Assembly (NCBI RefSeq): GCF_049841215.1
Contig: NZ_JASGEO010000024.1
Location: 73,322 to 137,321, forward strand
DNA from: Demequina sp.
Lineage (GTDB): Bacteria; Actinomycetota; Actinomycetes; Actinomycetales; Demequinaceae
Direction: 5' to 3'
DNA: 64,000 bases
Shown here: positions 38,665-47,794 of the stretch, piece by piece
Position numbering within the stretch: position 1 is the stretch's first letter
Layout of the letters: each line of letters begins with the position of its first letter
Notes under the pieces: model-generated
The model's database searches: none
What the model saw: the letters and a program-made list of their open reading frames with translations, nothing else
What the model was told of the DNA's origin: nothing
Made by a program: the position numbers and the translations under genes

Positions 38665-39500
38665 CAATGACCGCCGCCGTGAGCAACACCGCGCCGTCAC
38701 CGGGGCCCGCGGGAGTCACCGCCGCGGACCTCACGATCGGCTACTCGTCCCTCACGGACCGCGTGCGCACCATCGAGGTGCCAACCTCCGCGAAGGCGGC
38801 CGAAGTGCTCATCCTTACCCAGCGTCGGCCAGGCGCACCCGACGCCGTGGTGCCGCGAGCGCTCGAGGAACGTGCCAGCGTGGTCGCGTTGGATTCGCTT
38901 GGCGTGGCCAAGAGCCGAAACGCCGCGATCTCGATGGCTGGCCGGACGTACCTGCTGTTCGGCGACGACGACGTGGCGATCTACCTCAAGGGCGTGCTCG
39001 ATGCTGCTCGCCACCTCGAGCGGACCGGTGCAGCCTTGGCGCTCGGGTGCGCGGTGGACGACTCTCGGCGCACGCGCGGGCGGCGCAGTGCGCGGGCGCA
39101 GCGGCTCACGCTGCGCAACTCCGGCCGCGCCGCCACCTATCTCATGCTCATCGATGTGGAACAGGTGCGCTCAAGCGGGGTGCGATTCGACGAGCGATTT
39201 GGTGCCGGAATGCCCAACTACCTGGGGGACGAGTACATCTTCATCGCGGACCTGCTCCGAGCGGGCCTGCGGTGCGATGCGGTGCCGTTCGTGGTGGGCA
39301 TGCATCCATCGCACAGTTCCGGGGCGTTGTGGTCGATTGGGCGCGATCTGCCCGCGCGTGCCGCGGCGATCGAGCGCGCGTGGGGTTCGCGGGCGATGAT
39401 CCCCAAGGCGGCGATCGCCGCAAAGAACTGGGGAAAGATTCGCAACGTGCGCGCCGCCGCGGCATTCGTCTTCCGGCGGCACTTCACCGACGCGTCGTAG
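38661..39500 (+). CDS. family 2 glycosyltransferase
   Basis: 279 aa ORF containing GVAKSRNAAISMAGRTYLLFGDDDV and FDERFGAG..YLGDEYIF. It overlaps the previous gene by 4 nt (ATGA). Confidence 0.75.
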   Translation: MTMTAAVSNTAPSPGPAGVTAADLTIGYSSLTDRVRTIEVPTSAKAAEVLILTQRRPGAPDAVVPRALEERASVVALDSLGVAKSRNAAISMAGRTYLLFGDDDVAIYLKGVLDAARHLERTGAALALGCAVDDSRRTRGRRSARAQRLTLRNSGRAATYLMLIDVEQVRSSGVRFDERFGAGMPNYLGDEYIFIADLLRAGLRCDAVPFVVGMHPSHSSGALWSIGRDLPARAAAIERAWGSRAMIPKAAIAAKNWGKIRNVRAAAAFVFRRHFTDAS

Positions 39501-39578
39501 CATCGGCCCATGAGAGTGGCCCCGGACGAACTGTCAGCCTGGGACGGAAGCTAGCCACAGCGTCGGGCATCCCAGCCA

Positions 39579-39718
39579 CCTCTCCACACACGCCGGATGC
39601 CTCTCCACACAATGAGTCCTTGCCTGTCCCACCTCGAGCCGCCTACCAGGGACGATGTCGTGGAGGTCAGCGCGAGTGCCGATTTTGTGTGGACAGGCAT
39701 CCGCGTTGTGTGGAGGGG
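39579..39718. repeat. 140-bp element with 33-nt terminal inverted repeats, each built from a duplicated 12-mer
   Basis: Left arm is CCTCTCCACACACGCCGGATGCCTCTCCACACA (39579..39611). Right arm is TGTGTGGACAGGCATCCGCGTTGTGTGGAGGGG (39686..39718). 28 of 33 positions are complementary. Confidence 0.7.
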
Positions 39719-39752
39719 TGTTCGTCGGGGATGCCGCTGTCGGACAAGAACA

Positions 39753-39787
39753 GAGGCCCGGCCCCCATTAACAGGGGACCGGGCCTC
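39753..39787. terminator. bidirectional hairpin terminator between the GT2 gene and rplA
   Basis: GAGGCCCGGCCCCC, a 7-nt loop, then GGGGACCGGGCCTC. It is followed by TGTTCTTGT on the minus strand and GCGTTCTTG on the plus strand. Confidence 0.6.
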
Positions 39788-39804
39788 GCGTTCTTGCCAG
39801 CTAA

Positions 39805-40500
39805 CTACTCCGACTTGGCCAGAGCGTCGAGCGGGATGCCGGGACCGGTGGTCGCGGAGATCGACGCCTTGACGATGTAGCGGCCCTTCGAGGACGCGGG
39901 CTTGGCGCGCAGCACCTCGTCGAGGACGGCCTTGTAGTTGTCGAGCAGCTTGTCGTCGCCGAAGGACGCCTTGCCAAGCACGGTGTGCAGGTTGGCGTGC
40001 TTGTCGACGCGGAACTCGATCTTGCCGCCCTTGATGTCAGACACGGCCTTGGCCACATCCATCGTCACGGTGCCCGTCTTGGGGTTCGGCATGAGGCCAC
40101 GCGGACCGAGCACGCGGCCAAGCCGGCCGACCTTGCCCATGAGGTCCGGGGTGGCGACAACGGCGTCAAAGTCCTGACGGCCGCCGGCCACCTCGTCGAT
40201 GAGCTCGTCGCCACCGACGATGTCGGCGCCAGCCTCGCGGGCGGCGTCTGCCTTCTCGCCGTTGGCGAAGACCAGGACCCTAGCGGTCTTGCCAGTGCCG
40301 TGCGGAAGGATGACGGTGGAACGGACCATCTGGTCCGCGTGACGAGGGTCAACGCCCAGCTTGAAGACGACGTCGATGGTCGAGTCGGTCTTCTTGGAGG
40401 ACGTCTTCTGCGCGAGACGAACGGCCTCGAGCGGGGTGTACAACTGGCTACGGTCAACGAGCTGAGCCGCGTCGTTGTAAGCCTTGGAGCGCTTAGTCAT
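39805..40500 (-). CDS. rplA: 50S ribosomal protein L1 (uL1)
   Basis: 231 aa ORF beginning [27 protein letters not shown]. Confidence 0.95.
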   Translation of the reverse strand: MTKRSKAYNDAAQLVDRSQLYTPLEAVRLAQKTSSKKTDSTIDVVFKLGVDPRHADQMVRSTVILPHGTGKTARVLVFANGEKADAAREAGADIVGGDELIDEVAGGRQDFDAVVATPDLMGKVGRLGRVLGPRGLMPNPKTGTVTMDVAKAVSDIKGGKIEFRVDKHANLHTVLGKASFGDDKLLDNYKAVLDEVLRAKPASSKGRYIVKASISATTGPGIPLDALAKSE

Positions 40501-40574
40501 CTGCTTCTCTTTCCTGTGCAGTCGTGGGTAGTGGGCCAGCGCGACCCATCCACTGGTGTTGCTTGGTTGCGGCC

Positions 40575-41006
40575 TTAGGAGACCGTGATGCCCATCGAGC
40601 GGGCGGTGCCGGCAATGATCTTGGCGGCAGCGTCGAGGTCGTTGGCGTTGAGGTCTTCCATCTTCTGGGCAGCGATCTCACGCACCTGAGCCTCGGTCAG
40701 CGAGCCGACCTTCTGGGTGTGCGGAACGCCAGATCCCTTGGCCACGCCAGCGGCCTTCTTGATGAGCTCTGCGGCCGGCGGGGTCTTCGTGACGAACGTG
40801 AAGGAACGGTCTTCGTAGACCGTGATCTCCACGGGGATCACGTTGCCGCGCTGCGACTCGGTCGCGGCGTTGTACGCCTTGCAGAACTCCATAATGTTCA
40901 CGCCGTGCTGACCCAGAGCGGGGCCAACGGGCGGGGCGGGGTTCGCCATACCAGCCTGGATCTGGAGCTTGATCAGGCCGGCAACCTTCTTCTTAGGGGG
41001 TGCCAT
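40575..41006 (-). CDS. rplK: 50S ribosomal protein L11 (uL11)
   Basis: 143 aa ORF containing [32 protein letters not shown]. Confidence 0.95.
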   Translation of the reverse strand: MAPPKKKVAGLIKLQIQAGMANPAPPVGPALGQHGVNIMEFCKAYNAATESQRGNVIPVEITVYEDRSFTFVTKTPPAAELIKKAAGVAKGSGVPHTQKVGSLTEAQVREIAAQKMEDLNANDLDAAAKIIAGTARSMGITVS

Positions 41007-41070
41007 TTTTGGGTCCTTTACTTACTTGCTTAGCTTGTGCGGCTGGCGGCCGCGTGCTTGCTGACGTCGA

Positions 41071-41838
41071 CTAGATCTTCTGGACCTGGTTGAACGACAG
41101 CTCGACCGGGGTCTCCCGGCCGAAGATCGAAACGAGCACGTGGAGCTTCTGGGACTCCACGGAGATCTCGGAAATGGTGCCAGGCAGCGTTGCGAACGGG
41201 CCGTCGATGACGGTGATCGATTCGCCAACCTGGAAGTCAACCTCGATGGCCTTAGTAGCGGCCGACGCTTCCTCGCCCTGGGCAGTTGCCTGGACTTCGG
41301 CGGGGTTCAGCATGGAGACGACCTCGTCGAGGGTAAGCGGGACGGGCTGGTGGGCGTGGCCCACGAACCCGGTGACACCAGGAGTGTTGCGGACGGTGCC
41401 CCAGGACTCATCGGTGAGGTCCATGCGCACGAGCACGTATCCGGGCATGCGCACTCGGGTCACGAGCTTGCGCTGGCCACCCTTGATCTCGGTGACCTGT
41501 TCCATGGGAACTTCCACCTGGAAGATGTAGTCCTCCATGTGGAGCGACTCAATGCGGTGCTCGATCGCCTGCTTCACGCGCTTCTCGTGGCCGCTGTAGG
41601 AGTGCACCACGTACCAGTCGCCCTCGCGGGCGCGCAGCTCGGCGAGGAACTCTGCCGCGGGGTCGGCGGGCGCCTCGTCGGCTGCTGCCTCGACTGCTGC
41701 CTCAACCGGCGCGTCGGCGTCGTCGGCCGCGTCCTCAGCCACAGCGTCGGACTCAACGGCAGCGTCGGACTCAAGTGCGTCGTCAGCCAACACGTCCGCC
41801 TCGTCGATGGCGATGTTGTCTGCGTTCTCGTCGGACAC
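41071..41838 (-). CDS. nusG: transcription termination/antitermination factor NusG with an acidic N-terminal extension
   Basis: 255 aa ORF containing [16 protein letters not shown] and the C-terminal KOW domain segment [16 protein letters not shown]. Confidence 0.95.
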   Translation of the reverse strand: MSDENADNIAIDEADVLADDALESDAAVESDAVAEDAADDADAPVEAAVEAAADEAPADPAAEFLAELRAREGDWYVVHSYSGHEKRVKQAIEHRIESLHMEDYIFQVEVPMEQVTEIKGGQRKLVTRVRMPGYVLVRMDLTDESWGTVRNTPGVTGFVGHAHQPVPLTLDEVVSMLNPAEVQATAQGEEASAATKAIEVDFQVGESITVIDGPFATLPGTISEISVESQKLHVLVSIFGRETPVELSFNQVQKI

Positions 41839-41866
41839 GCGAATCTCTCCTTACGTTCGGCAGGCG

Positions 41867-42124
41867 TTAGCCGCCGAAGACCCAATCAGCTGCGAAGCCG
41901 AGCACGAAGTCCAGCACAAACACAATGAGCATCACCACGAGCACGAAGCCGAGGACGATCCAGATGTACCGAATGGTCTCCTCGCGCGACGGCGTGACGA
42001 CCTTCTTGAGCTCGGCGATCACCTGGCGCACGAACAGCGCAATGCGGCTGAAGATGTTGCGACGCTCGCGGTCCTTGCGGCGCGGGCCCTTCTCTTCAGA
42101 ATCGGTCAAGGCGGTATCGCTCAC
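41867..42124 (-). CDS. secE: preprotein translocase subunit SecE
   Basis: The ORF-track frame extends to 42214 and would overlap tRNA-Trp. The GTG at 42124 gives an 85-aa protein with a single C-terminal TM helix (IWIVLGFVLVVMLIVFVLDFVL). It lies upstream of nusG. Confidence 0.85.
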   Translation of the reverse strand: MSDTALTDSEEKGPRRKDRERRNIFSRIALFVRQVIAELKKVVTPSREETIRYIWIVLGFVLVVMLIVFVLDFVLGFAADWVFGG

Positions 42125-42187
42125 CGAACATCCTTTGCTTGCTGTAATTGCGGGTGCTTGTTGTGCGGGGATAGACCCCTGCTCACG

Positions 42188-42260
42188 CAGGGCAGGAGGG
42201 ACTCGAACCCCCAACCGTCGGTTTTGGAGACCGATGCGCTACCAATTGCGCCACTGCCCT
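42188..42260 (-). tRNA. tRNA-Trp (anticodon CCA)
   Basis: Manual cloverleaf: AGGGCAG acceptor stem, anticodon loop CTCCAAA, T-loop GGTTCGAGTCC. No CCA end is encoded. Canonical position upstream of secE. Confidence 0.9.
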
Positions 42261-42393
42261 TCGGGGGTTGGGCCCCGCGGCTCTCTCCGCTCATCATGGG
42301 GCTCGCGAGGGCGCGAATCATCATGACGAATGTCAATCGCCGACTTGCCAGTGTACGTGGTTTCGGGTGCGGATGCGAACCCGGGCGAGTTGA

Positions 42394-42495
42394 TGACAAT
42401 CAAGGGCCTCAGTGACGGAAGTGACCAGAGTTGTCTAGCCCGGGCTCCGGCGCCGCCACTTCTGCCTCACCCGTAACATCGACCCTTGATTGTCA
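42394..42495. repeat. ~100-nt palindromic element, copy 1 (conserved termini ACAATCAAGGGCC / GACCCTTGATTGT)
   Basis: TGACAATCAAGGGCC at 42394..42408 pairs with GACCCTTGATTGTCA at 42481..42495. The core is also self-complementary. The right terminus contains the stop codon of the 42493 gene. Confidence 0.7.
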
Positions 42496-43338
42496 CCCGC
42501 GCTCAGCCAGCATGCGTCGGACGTCCGCGGCGATGCGGCCTCGCGACTGCTCGACCTCGCTACCCGTGTAGCGGAGTCGCCGATAGCCAAGAAGTTCACA
42601 CGCACGGTCGCGACGACGATCTTCGATGAACGCCTCCTCGTCGCCGTGATACGTAAAGCCGTCGCACTCCACTACGACCGTGGACTCCACAAGAAAGTCG
42701 ACATGCCCGACGCCAGGAAGTTCTGCCTGCGGCTCTACAGCGTATCCCGCGGCAATGAGTTCAATTCGTGCCTTCGTCTCGCGAGGAGATTGCGTGAGCG
42801 GCTCGGCATTCGAAGCTAGCCACAGCGTTCGTCGAAGTGGAGTGGCCGAGAACGTTCGGATGTCATCGAGCGACAGTCGACCTTCGTGCAGCGCCGCATC
42901 GATGGCCGCCAACTGGCCAAGCGGACTTGCACACATGCCCAGGTGGTCGAGGACCGTAGCAATCGGGGCAACGAGCGACACCCCTTGAACCTCTTCGATC
43001 CTGTGGAAGCGGTACCCATCCCGCAATCGCGGATCTCCCTCGACAAAGCCCCTGTGCGCCGGGATGGCCAGGTGAAGCCCCGAGTACGAGTCGATGCAGG
43101 GGAGCTCAAGCGGGCGCAATGCACTCATGCAGGTCAGTTGAGAGGAGAGCACGCGCGCTTTAACGCTGGACCAAGGTGCGTCCGGTAGGGCATAGCAGCC
43201 GCGGTGTGGTCGAGTCACTCGCCCTGCCGCAACAGCTGCCATCAGGTCTTGGTCGGTGAGGCCGAGGGCAAGCAAGTGCTTGCGGCGGGCGGCCGAGCCC
43301 AAGCTGGCGAGTACCGCTGCTGCGTCCATGGTGGACAA
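42493..43338 (-). CDS. AbiEi_4-like N-terminal domain / DUF559 (restriction-endonuclease-like) C-terminal domain protein
   Basis: 281 aa ORF. The N-terminal part contains LLALGLTDQDLMAAVAAGRVTRPHRGCYALPDA. The C-terminal part contains VDFLVESTVVVECDGFTYHGDEEAFIEDRRRD. Both are recalled as typical of this actinobacterial family. Confidence 0.7.
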   Translation of the reverse strand: MSTMDAAAVLASLGSAARRKHLLALGLTDQDLMAAVAAGRVTRPHRGCYALPDAPWSSVKARVLSSQLTCMSALRPLELPCIDSYSGLHLAIPAHRGFVEGDPRLRDGYRFHRIEEVQGVSLVAPIATVLDHLGMCASPLGQLAAIDAALHEGRLSLDDIRTFSATPLRRTLWLASNAEPLTQSPRETKARIELIAAGYAVEPQAELPGVGHVDFLVESTVVVECDGFTYHGDEEAFIEDRRRDRACELLGYRRLRYTGSEVEQSRGRIAADVRRMLAERG

Positions 43339-43433
43339 ACTTCCCTAGCGTCGGGCAGTTCCGAGCGTGGTGCAGAGCAAACTGGGGATAACCGCTCTGA
43401 CTACCGTCGCTGGGGACGCGGCTAGACGGCCGC

Positions 43434-43532
43434 GAAAATCAAGGGCCAGAGTGACAGTTGGTACGCAAGTGACGAGACTGGAATTCACCACAGTCCCACC
43501 AGTCTCATCAGTACCAAGGACCCTTGGAAATC
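43434..43532. repeat. ~100-nt palindromic element, copy 2 (degenerate termini)
   Basis: GAAAATCAAGGGCC at 43434..43447 pairs with GGACCCTTGGAAATC at 43518..43532. Internal inverted repeats are TTGGTAC/GTACCAA and GAGACTGG/CCAGTCTC. Confidence 0.6.
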
Positions 43533-43553
43533 GACTGCGCGGGGCGTGGAAGA

Positions 43554-44771
43554 ATGAGTCTCATGACCGCTCCTGCTCGCCGCGTATCTGCACGTCTCGC
43601 CGCCATCGCGCCTTCCGCCACGCTTGCCGTGGACTCCAAGGCGAAGGCCCTCAAGGCCGCGGGCAAGAATGTGATCGGCTTCGGCGCGGGCGAGCCGGAC
43701 TTCCCCACGCCTGACGCGATCGTCGAGGCCGCCGTTGCCGCGGCCCGCGACCCCAAGAACCACCGCTACACGCCCGCGACCGGCCTCCCGGAGCTTCGCG
43801 AAGCGATCGCCCGCAAGACCCTGCGGGATTCCGGCTACGGAGTGGACCCCGCCAACATCATTGTCACCAACGGCGGCAAGCAGGCCGTATTCCAGGCCTT
43901 CGCCGCGGTCGTGGACCCCGGCGACGAGGTCATCCTCCCCGCGCCCTACTGGACCACCTACCCAGAGGCGATCACCCTCGCGGGCGGCACCCCGGTTGAG
44001 GTCTTCGCCGGCGCGGACCAGGACTACCTCGTCACGGTCGAGCAGCTCGAGGCCGCCCGCACGCCCAACACCAAGGCCCTCCTGTTCTGCTCCCCCTCCA
44101 ACCCCACGGGCGCCGTCTACTCCCCCGAGCAGACCAAGGCGATCGGCGAGTGGGCGCTCGAGCACGGCATCTGGGTGCTCACCGACGAGATCTACGAGCA
44201 CCTCACCTACGACGACGCCGTGTTCTCCCCCATCGTCAAGCTCGTCCCCGAACTCGCGGACCAGACCATCGTCCTCAACGGCGTTGCCAAGACCTACGCG
44301 ATGACCGGCTGGCGCGTGGGCTGGATGATCTCCCCCGCGGACGTCACCAAGGCCGCCGCAAACTTCCAGAGCCACCTCACGTCCAACGTCGCGAACGTCT
44401 CGCAGCGCGCCGCCATCGCGGCCCTCGACGGTGGCCTCGACGCCGTCTACGACATGCGCACGGCCTTCGACCGCCGCCGCACCACCATGGTCGGCATGCT
44501 CCGCGAGATCGATGGCGTCGTCTGCCCCACCCCCAAGGGCGCGTTCTACGCCTACCCGTCCGTTGAGGGCCTCATCGGCCGCACCGTTCGCGGCCGCGAC
44601 ATCACCAGCAGCGCCGACCTCGCCACCGTCATCCTCGAAGAGGCAGAGGTGGCCGTGGTACCCGGCGAGGCGTTCGGCCCTAGCGGGTTCGTGCGCCTCA
44701 GCTACGCGCTCGGTGACGACGACCTCGCGGAGGGCGTCGGCCGCATTCAGCGCCTGCTCGCGGAGGGCTAA
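43554..44771 (+). CDS. pyridoxal-phosphate-dependent aminotransferase, class I (AspC/AspB-like)
   Basis: The ORF-track frame starts at the TTG at 43524. The ATG at 43554 gives [50 protein letters not shown]. The Lys motif is [15 protein letters not shown]. Confidence 0.9.
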   Translation: MSLMTAPARRVSARLAAIAPSATLAVDSKAKALKAAGKNVIGFGAGEPDFPTPDAIVEAAVAAARDPKNHRYTPATGLPELREAIARKTLRDSGYGVDPANIIVTNGGKQAVFQAFAAVVDPGDEVILPAPYWTTYPEAITLAGGTPVEVFAGADQDYLVTVEQLEAARTPNTKALLFCSPSNPTGAVYSPEQTKAIGEWALEHGIWVLTDEIYEHLTYDDAVFSPIVKLVPELADQTIVLNGVAKTYAMTGWRVGWMISPADVTKAAANFQSHLTSNVANVSQRAAIAALDGGLDAVYDMRTAFDRRRTTMVGMLREIDGVVCPTPKGAFYAYPSVEGLIGRTVRGRDITSSADLATVILEEAEVAVVPGEAFGPSGFVRLSYALGDDDLAEGVGRIQRLLAEG

Positions 44772-44779
44772 CCAAGCAG

Positions 44780-44827
44780 GCCCGACGCTAGGGCAAGGGA
44801 CGTACGGAACCCACCACAGCGTCGGGC
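44780..44827. repeat. inverted pair of the 14-nt repeat family after the aminotransferase gene
   Basis: GCCCGACGCTAGGG, a 20-nt spacer, then CCACAGCGTCGGGC. Confidence 0.75.
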
Positions 44828-44919
44828 TGGCAAAGCGCCCCCATCATCCGCGCCGATGACCCACGAATCATCCGCGAGGGCGACGTCAGTACCTCCGCCA
44901 TGCCACTAGCGTCGAAGCC

Positions 44920-45759
44920 ATGACAACTGCGATCGAGGTCACCGACCTCCGCAAGGAGTACGGCGACAAGGCGGCCGTGGACGGCCTCAGCCTCAGCATC
45001 CGCACCGGAGAAGTGTTTGCCTTGCTCGGCCCCAATGGCGCCGGCAAATCCACCACCGTGGAGATTCTCGAGGGATTCCGCAAGCGCACAAGCGGCGATG
45101 TCTCTGTGCTCGGTCACGACCCCGCGCACGCGAGCCGCGAGTGGCGCGAGCGCGTGGGCTTCATGCTGCAGAGCACCTCGGACCAGATGCTCCTCACTCC
45201 GCGCGAAGCGATCACCCACATGGGGCGCCTGTACCCCAACCCCAAGCCAACTGACGAACTCCTCGACGCGGTTGGCCTGAAAGAGAAGGCGGACGTGAAG
45301 CCGCGGACCCTCTCCGGCGGCATGCGCCGCCGCCTCGACGTGGCCTTGGCCCTCGTGGGCAGCCCGGAGCTGGTGTTCCTCGATGAGCCAACAACCGGCT
45401 TTGACCCGGAGGCGCGCCGCCACTTCTGGGCCCTCATCGAGTCGCTCAAGGATGCCGGCATCACGGTGCTCCTGACCACCCACTACCTTGACGAGGCGGA
45501 GCACCTTGCGGACCGCATCGCCATCATCAACGATGGGCAGCTTGCCGCCCTCGACACCCCTGCGGGCCTTCGTGCCAAGGCGATCGATTCCGTGGTGACC
45601 TGGACGGAGAACGGCACGCAGCGTCGGACCGTGACACCGACGCCAACCGCCACCTTGCGCGAACTCCTCGCCGCCACCGAGGGCGAGGTCGCGGACCTCG
45701 CGGTCACCAAACCAAGCCTGGAAGACGTGTACCTGGAGATCATCGGGGGCAACGAATGA
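44920..45759 (+). CDS. ABC transporter ATP-binding protein (ABC-2/DrrA-like)
   Basis: 279 aa ORF with Walker A GPNGAGKST, signature LSGGMRRRL and Walker B VFLDEPT. Confidence 0.9.
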   Translation: MTTAIEVTDLRKEYGDKAAVDGLSLSIRTGEVFALLGPNGAGKSTTVEILEGFRKRTSGDVSVLGHDPAHASREWRERVGFMLQSTSDQMLLTPREAITHMGRLYPNPKPTDELLDAVGLKEKADVKPRTLSGGMRRRLDVALALVGSPELVFLDEPTTGFDPEARRHFWALIESLKDAGITVLLTTHYLDEAEHLADRIAIINDGQLAALDTPAGLRAKAIDSVVTWTENGTQRRTVTPTPTATLRELLAATEGEVADLAVTKPSLEDVYLEIIGGNE

Positions 45760-46559
45760 ACCGCCCAAGCTGGACCTCGATCGCAATCGACCGCACCCGC
45801 GTCGAGATCAAGGAGTTCATGCGCTCTCGCGAGCAGATGATCTTCATCTTCGCTTTCCCGGTGTTCCTGTTAGTGATCTTCGGCTCGATCTTTGGCGGCC
45901 AAGACGTGGGCGAGGGCGTGAGCTTCAGCCAGTACTTCCTCGCGGGCATGATCGCGAGCGGCATCATGAACACCGGCTTCCAGTCGCTTGCGCTCGGGCT
46001 GTCTGCGGACCGTGACCTCGACATTCTCAAGCGGCTCCACGGCACCCCTTTGCCCACCACGGCGTTCTTCGCCGGCAAGTTTGTGCAGGTGCTCTTCGTC
46101 TCGGTGGTGCAGCTCGCGGCGCTCATTGCGCTGGGCGTGATCGCCTATGACGTGGACCTACCCACCACCACGAACGCGTGGGTCACGTTCACGTGGGTCT
46201 TCCTGCTGGGAACCGCGGCGTCGGTGGCGCTCGGCATCGGCATGAGTTCCGCGCTGCGCAATGCGCGCGCCGGCTCAGCGATCCTCACACCTGTGACGCT
46301 GTTCTTGCAGTTCATCTCCGGTGTGTTCATCGTGTTCACGCAGGTGCCGCCATTCCTGCAGACGGTCGCGTCGATCTTCCCGCTCAAATGGCTTGCGCAA
46401 GGCATGCGGTCGGTCTTCCTGCCCGACGCTTTCGAGACTCAGGAGGCCACGGGCAGTTGGCAGCATGGAGCCACCGCGCTCGTGCTGGCCGCATGGTTCG
46501 TGGTTGGCACCGTGTGGGCGGTGCGCACGTTCCGCTGGCAGCGGCCAGAGGACAAGTAA
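45756..46559 (+). CDS. ABC-2 type transporter permease
   Basis: 267 aa polytopic ORF that overlaps the ATPase gene by 4 nt. Confidence 0.8.
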   Translation: MNRPSWTSIAIDRTRVEIKEFMRSREQMIFIFAFPVFLLVIFGSIFGGQDVGEGVSFSQYFLAGMIASGIMNTGFQSLALGLSADRDLDILKRLHGTPLPTTAFFAGKFVQVLFVSVVQLAALIALGVIAYDVDLPTTTNAWVTFTWVFLLGTAASVALGIGMSSALRNARAGSAILTPVTLFLQFISGVFIVFTQVPPFLQTVASIFPLKWLAQGMRSVFLPDAFETQEATGSWQHGATALVLAAWFVVGTVWAVRTFRWQRPEDK

Positions 46560-46579
46560 CGCCCTGCCAATAGTCTGAG

Positions 46580-47794
46580 GTGGTGAGAGTGAAGACCCCG
46601 CGGCTCGGTGACTCCCTTATCGCCGCGAGCGTGCTCCTGCTCACGTTCGTGAGCGCGTTCGCGCGCACCTCCCAGCCGCAAGGAGCGCAACGCGAGTGGG
46701 ATGTGCTCGGCTTTGTGCTCGTGACGTTGCTGGTGTTGCCGCTCGCGTGGCGGCAGTTGTACCCCAAGACGGTGGCGTGGGCCACCACCGCCGTGTGGAT
46801 CGTGGTGCAGGGACTCGGTTACCCGGATTCCCTCGCCGTGATCGCGCCCTTCATCGCGATCTACGGGCTTGCGGTGTATTTGCCGCGTAGATCGGCGCTG
46901 ATCCACGGGATCACCATCAGCGCGTTGCTTATGACATGGACCGCGGTGGGACTCATCGCCACGGGCTTCGTCAACTGGACCGCCCTGCTGTCCGTGGCGT
47001 TTGGCACGGTGCTGCCTCTGCTCATGGGCTTTGGGGAGCGCAGCCGCGCGAGCCGTCTCGCGGAACTCGAGCGCGCGCACGCCCGTCAGGAGCAGGCGGA
47101 GGCCGAGGTGGCGCGCGAAGCCGTGGCCACGGAGCGCGCCCGCATTGCGCGCGAACTGCACGATGTGGTGGCCCACGAGATGACCGTGATGACACTGCAG
47201 GCAGAGGGCGCGCGCCGCCTCGCCGCCGACGCGGACCCGCGGATCGCGGAGGCGCTCGGCACCATCTCCGCGTCCGGTCGCAGCGGGCTCGCGGAAATGC
47301 AGCGCATGATCGGCGTTCTGCGGGCCGACGCTGACGGCACCCAAGGCCTGACCCCCGCCCCCGCGCTTGCCGACCTCCCTGCTTTGGCCCGCCAAGTAAG
47401 GGAATCCGGGATGCCGGTGCGGCTCGTCATCACAGGAGACGCCCCCACGCCTGCTGGCGTGGAGCTCAACGCCTTCCGCATCATTCAAGAGGGACTCACC
47501 AACGCGCTCAAGTACGCGGGGCCCGGCGCCTCCGCCACGGTTGAGGTGCGCAAAGCGCCCGGTTCGCTCACGGTTGAGGTACGGGACGACGGCCGGGGAG
47601 GCTCCGCGAACCCCTCACCTTCTGGAGGGCACGGCGTGGTGGGCATGCGCGAGCGCGTGGAGGCGCTTGGGGGGTCGTTCGACATTGGGCCTGCAGCAGG
47701 CGGCGGGTATCGGTTGCGGGCGGTGCTGCCCACGTCGCGCGCCTTGCCGGACACGAAGCGACCCATCGGCACGCTCACGGGAGACGCATCATGA
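46580..47794 (+). CDS. sensor histidine kinase, HisKA_3 (NarL/DesK-type) with a multi-TM N-terminus
   Basis: 404 aa ORF with H-box ERARIARELHDVVAHEMTVM and ATPase region GHGVVGMRERVEALGGSF. Confidence 0.9.
   Translation: MVRVKTPRLGDSLIAASVLLLTFVSAFARTSQPQGAQREWDVLGFVLVTLLVLPLAWRQLYPKTVAWATTAVWIVVQGLGYPDSLAVIAPFIAIYGLAVYLPRRSALIHGITISALLMTWTAVGLIATGFVNWTALLSVAFGTVLPLLMGFGERSRASRLAELERAHARQEQAEAEVAREAVATERARIARELHDVVAHEMTVMTLQAEGARRLAADADPRIAEALGTISASGRSGLAEMQRMIGVLRADADGTQGLTPAPALADLPALARQVRESGMPVRLVITGDAPTPAGVELNAFRIIQEGLTNALKYAGPGASATVEVRKAPGSLTVEVRDDGRGGSANPSPSGGHGVVGMRERVEALGGSFDIGPAAGGGYRLRAVLPTSRALPDTKRPIGTLTGDAS

Noticed and set aside
39597-39872. 91-aa plus-strand ORF in the GT2-rplA spacer.
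   Set aside because: It overlaps the inverted-repeat element, the terminator and the rplA 3' end. Its product is Arg/Cys/Trp-rich and implausible.
41739-41775. CCACAGCGTCGGACTCAACGGCAGCGTCGGACTCAAG inside nusG resembles the 14-nt repeat and is tandemly duplicated.
   Set aside because: It lies in-frame within the acidic low-complexity N-terminal extension of NusG (the ESDA repeats). I treat it as a coding repeat and not as a member of the intergenic family. Partial matches inside the response-regulator gene (about 48205), murB (about 52173) and the ABC-2 permease gene (about 46423) are likewise not counted.
42261-42393. A perfect TTGACA hexamer (minus strand) upstream of tRNA-Trp, considered as a tRNA-Trp/secE promoter.
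   Set aside because: I found no acceptable -10 hexamer at a 16-19-nt spacing.
43485-44375. 296-aa minus-strand ORF opposite the aminotransferase gene, and the 428-aa ORF at 37414-38700 opposite the pyruvyl transferase gene.
   Set aside because: These are shadow ORFs of convincing plus-strand genes, with no recognisable motifs and a biased composition.
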